Source: an uncultured virus (IMG/VR IMGVR_UViG_3300023033_000001) | Taxonomy: Duplodnaviria; Heunggongvirae; Uroviricota; Caudoviricetes | Direction: 5' to 3' (one strand) | Length of the DNA stretch: 20,000 nt | Virus record (IMG/VR): IMGVR_UViG_3300023033_000001 | In this document: positions 17,088 through 20,000 of the stretch, one piece after another | Position numbering within the stretch: position 1 is the first letter of the stretch | Layout of the letters: each line of letters starts with the position of its first letter | Translations under genes and position numbers: made by a program | Notes under the pieces: model-generated | The model's database searches: none | Seen by the model: the letters and a program-made list of their open reading frames with translations, nothing else | What the model was told of the DNA's origin: nothing

Positions 17088-18278
17088 TCATACACACTCA
17101 TACGTAAAAGAAGCACAAGGAATTTCCTCAGATAAAACAAAACCCAACCTGCCCATCATACGAAGGCACACCTCACATGCAGGAGAAGTCTTGACGTAAG
17201 ATTCATGCATCTCAGGGTACATAAGGGCGAGCAATGAACGAAGGGAAAATCCCACCTGTGAAAACACACGTTCACGAACAATACAATCACGTCCAACCCA
17301 CACAGGATATTTGCGGATAGCGGCTTTACGCTTCGAAGGCTGCATACATGTAACATCAGAAAACCATATCTCAGGCATCGTCAATTCTACAGCAAACCTA
17401 AATGACTCTTCAGACGGATTTCTACGAACGGATGACGAACAAAACCAGGTCATGAACTCATTTAAGAATCTGTCCGTAAATCGAAAGTGGGATACCTTTG
17501 GGAACACACGCATGGTAAGTATCGGATACTTACAACAAACTTTACGGGAAGACAAAAGACGTGCATCGAACCGCAAGCACAGGTATGCACACCCACATTC
17601 AACGTACATAAACGACTCCCTTTTATAATCACACGGCATAAGGTGTTCTACGAAAGGACTGTAGTCTATTCTTGAAAGAAACTCATCATTAGTATTTACA
17701 TCATTCATCACTTTGAAGTCATACTGACAATCCGACGTACCGGACGAATCACGCGCATACAGCAGAGAGTAAAATGTCGGAGAGAAACATTTAATAATGG
17801 ATTTCATCGTTACGTCTTCATCAGATAAAACCGTACCGTATGACGGATAATCGGCAACAGGAAACTTAACTCTGTTTACAGATGAAGACAGTAGAGAATG
17901 CAAACGCATACCTGCTGTTTCATTGAACTTAACACCAAAAGATGACAGCGTTATGGATGTACGTTGTTTGTGTGCAATGCATAAAGCAGGAACTTCTTCG
18001 TGCCTTACAGGGAACTTCCTTATTCTGTAAGAATGAAGGAGTTCTACGAAATGCTTACGTGCAGAAAGCATACGTTCACATTCACAGGAACAGTAACCTC
18101 TCTTGAAAAGTCTTTTAGGATACCAACCTTCCCTCTTGCACAGGACACAAACACACCGGTACATGCGTTTGGAATCATCACCTATACCATCGGTACGGAT
18201 GTCACCGGTGAACCTTAACGTATGCGACATCCTTCCCTTTGGCACATCTGAGTTTCTTTTCATGCTGTCACATGTCAT
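17088..18278 (-). CDS. Diverged paralog of the upstream Hef-like endonuclease, lacking a recognisable nuclease motif (396 aa)
   Basis: ATGA overlap with the upstream gene; shares SHTLxFTG...YxCxCxxC...WYxKRLFxxGYxxCxCER...RxHFxExLxxYR and C-terminal YPE...MxxLG(F/Y) with it. Confidence 0.75.
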   Translation of the reverse strand: MTCDSMKRNSDVPKGRMSHTLRFTGDIRTDGIGDDSKRMYRCVCVLCKREGWYPKRLFKRGYCSCECERMLSARKHFVELLHSYRIRKFPVRHEEVPALCIAHKQRTSITLSSFGVKFNETAGMRLHSLLSSSVNRVKFPVADYPSYGTVLSDEDVTMKSIIKCFSPTFYSLLYARDSSGTSDCQYDFKVMNDVNTNDEFLSRIDYSPFVEHLMPCDYKRESFMYVECGCAYLCLRFDARLLSSRKVCCKYPILTMRVFPKVSHFRFTDRFLNEFMTWFCSSSVRRNPSEESFRFAVELTMPEIWFSDVTCMQPSKRKAAIRKYPVWVGRDCIVRERVFSQVGFSLRSLLALMYPEMHESYVKTSPACEVCLRMMGRLGFVLSEEIPCASFTYECV

Positions 18279-19999
18279 ACTGTACTCATATCATCGTCAT
18301 AGTATTTAATCCACCTAATGTTGCCTGAACGAGTCACACGGAAGTAACCGAGCTTCTCCATGATGTAGATTTCCTTGCTAGATGCCCCGCATGATACAGC
18401 CTCCTCATAAAGTTCAGGATACCTTGCTTTCAATTTCTTTACCTGAACCTGCTCGCGCCTTACGACCGTAGACACTCCCCTTGCCCAATAGTATGGAAAA
18501 CTCACGTCTATACGTTCAAACCCCAAGCTCGCGTACATGCCTCCTGTGAACAAATCGCAGTCGGAGTAAGAAACAACGGAAGAAGGTCTGTATTCGCGCT
18601 CGAACGCACGAAGCAGCCTTGAGGCACCACCGACAACGGAATACCCATGACGAACTGAAAACCGAAGAAGCTCATACTGACCGCCGGTAAAGCGACCGTC
18701 CTTAAATTTCGGAAGACTGAAAGACATCATGCAGAACACCTCAGAGGTACCCTTGTCTGTAAGGGAATAGGTCACAGACACATTCGTCCTCGCATTAAGA
18801 CCCTGCATGTGATTGCATGAGTAGAAAGAAATCGCCTCTTCATGCGTGGCCTTTCTGATATCCAAGCAACGTGCGTACATAACTTTACGTGGAACCAGAA
18901 TATCGTGCAGAAATGCCTTCCATGCGTCCTTACGTACATTCCAGGATGTCTGGTATATCTGTACAAGACGTATCCCCTTTGACATGCTATCCTTCCATTT
19001 CCTGTAATGGTATCGTCGGTCTGTACGTATCTTTTCTGAATGCCAGTAATCTCCGTTGCATTCTATCGCGAGGTTCATGGAAGGAATAAAGATGTCATAC
19101 TCAAGCCCGTTTTCCATAACACTACGTTCATGCCGTCTGACAATTTCGGGTGATACAAGTGACATAACGTAATCAGACACCTCTTCCTCAAACGCACTTG
19201 TACGACTGCCGCATTCAAGGCATACAGGCACACGATACTCATTGCTTATTATGTCCTTCATCCTCTTTGTGAACGGGTTTCCGCACACAGAACATTTAAG
19301 CGTGACCTCGTCGCTGTACAGATTGATTTCCTTTCTGTCCAGACGAACAAGTTCACTTTCCTTGAACAGAAGAGGACGTACCCATTCAGGGTATTCACGG
19401 GATGCAACGAACGTCTCCTTATGAAGACATCCGCATGAACGGGTCATCCCGTTAAGCAGGAGTTTCCTTCTTACAGATACAACACTGCCGCAGTCACATA
19501 CGCAGTCATACCATACAGCAGGGTCATCATGTGGAGGATTTTCAGTTCTCTTTATGACTGTTAGCTTCCCGTACTTCGTTCCCTGCAGAAGATCACCACG
19601 ATTATACTTCGGATACTTCATGACACGGTACTTCTTCAGAATCTCTATGAAGTGCCTTCTTCGTTCCATAAGGCGTTCACAGTCACATTTGGCATAACCT
19701 AGTCTGAAAAGACGCTTTGTGTACCATGAGGATTTGCCACATACAGTGCATGTGCAGTAATACTGACGTACCCCTTCCGTCATCGCATTCCCGGTAAAAA
19801 CAAGCGTGTGGCTCGTGCTTCCTTCTGCATCATCAGACATGTCTGGAGACCTGCGTGACCCTTTCTCTCTTTTGCATACCTTGCATTGAGTCACTAACCC
19901 GCGTGTAAGACGGTTGTACTGCACAATATACTCATTTCCGCAGGAACATCGACATACTGCCCTCAATGCGCTCTGCTCACGATTTTCCTGCGGAAATGA
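18275..19999 (-). CDS. Hef-like putative homing endonuclease: Cys-rich zinc-finger repeats, PD-(D/E)xK/DUF559-like nuclease, C-terminal Mom/GNAT-like domain (5' end uncertain)
   Basis: YGKLTVI...CVCDCG...TRSCGC repeats; SAFEEEV...EYDIFIPSMNLAIECNGDYWHS...KGIRLVQI nuclease core; YAR...NHMQG...YELLRF...VVGGASRLL...VSYSD...GGMYASLGF. The frame stays open from TTG 19966 to the window edge. Confidence 0.85.
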   Translation of the reverse strand, partial: SFPQENREQSALRAVCRCSCGNEYIVQYNRLTRGLVTQCKVCKREKGSRRSPDMSDDAEGSTSHTLVFTGNAMTEGVRQYYCTCTVCGKSSWYTKRLFRLGYAKCDCERLMERRRHFIEILKKYRVMKYPKYNRGDLLQGTKYGKLTVIKRTENPPHDDPAVWYDCVCDCGSVVSVRRKLLLNGMTRSCGCLHKETFVASREYPEWVRPLLFKESELVRLDRKEINLYSDEVTLKCSVCGNPFTKRMKDIISNEYRVPVCLECGSRTSAFEEEVSDYVMSLVSPEIVRRHERSVMENGLEYDIFIPSMNLAIECNGDYWHSEKIRTDRRYHYRKWKDSMSKGIRLVQIYQTSWNVRKDAWKAFLHDILVPRKVMYARCLDIRKATHEEAISFYSCNHMQGLNARTNVSVTYSLTDKGTSEVFCMMSFSLPKFKDGRFTGGQYELLRFSVRHGYSVVGGASRLLRAFEREYRPSSVVSYSDCDLFTGGMYASLGFERIDVSFPYYWARGVSTVVRREQVQVKKLKARYPELYEEAVSCGASSKEIYIMEKLGYFRVTRSGNIRWIKYYDDDMSTV

Positions 20000-20000
20000 G
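19931..20000. repeat. Inverted repeat, 21-bp arms with one mismatch and a 28-nt loop
   Basis: CTCATTTCCGCAGGAACATCG (19931-19951) versus CGATTTTCCTGCGGAAATGAG (19980-20000); it may extend past the window. Confidence 0.85.

Noticed and set aside
162..19424. Numerous short plus-strand and alternate-frame ORFs
   Set aside because: They are shadows of longer, RBS-supported minus-strand genes.
1..20000. Stop-codon reassignment as seen in some large phages
   Set aside because: Genes are full length and densely packed under the standard code; TAA, TAG and TGA all end genes at sensible boundaries.
1..20000. CRISPR array, tRNA, DGR template/variable repeat pair, intron or intein
   Set aside because: No regularly spaced repeats, cloverleaf, adenine-variant repeat pair, reverse transcriptase or split gene was recognised by eye.

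Overview
This window is part of the virion morphogenesis region of a large contractile-tailed (T4-like/jumbo myovirus) phage. It uses the standard genetic code, and almost all genes are on the minus strand. In transcription order it carries a zinc-finger + PD-(D/E)xK + Mom/GNAT-like (Hef-type) endonuclease and a diverged nuclease-less paralog, a tail-fibre-like protein, a HeH-domain protein, a gp13-like neck protein, a 1035-aa modular protein and a tail terminator-like protein. These are followed by a run of small acidic proteins, the tail sheath, an SSB-OB-fold-containing protein and the start of a probable tail tube gene. One RhuM-like gene lies on the plus strand. The most notable observations are: (i) about eight otherwise unrelated proteins share Arg/Lys-rich peptides bounded by Glu, suggesting a capsid-targeting/prohead-protease processing system with a polyprotein; (ii) a 92-bp IS200/IS605 mini-element whose excision restores a stop codon; (iii) a CTTATGT candidate late promoter; (iv) the active/inactive endonuclease pair; and (v) several structured RNA elements. 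All family assignments come from motif recognition by eye, not from database searches.
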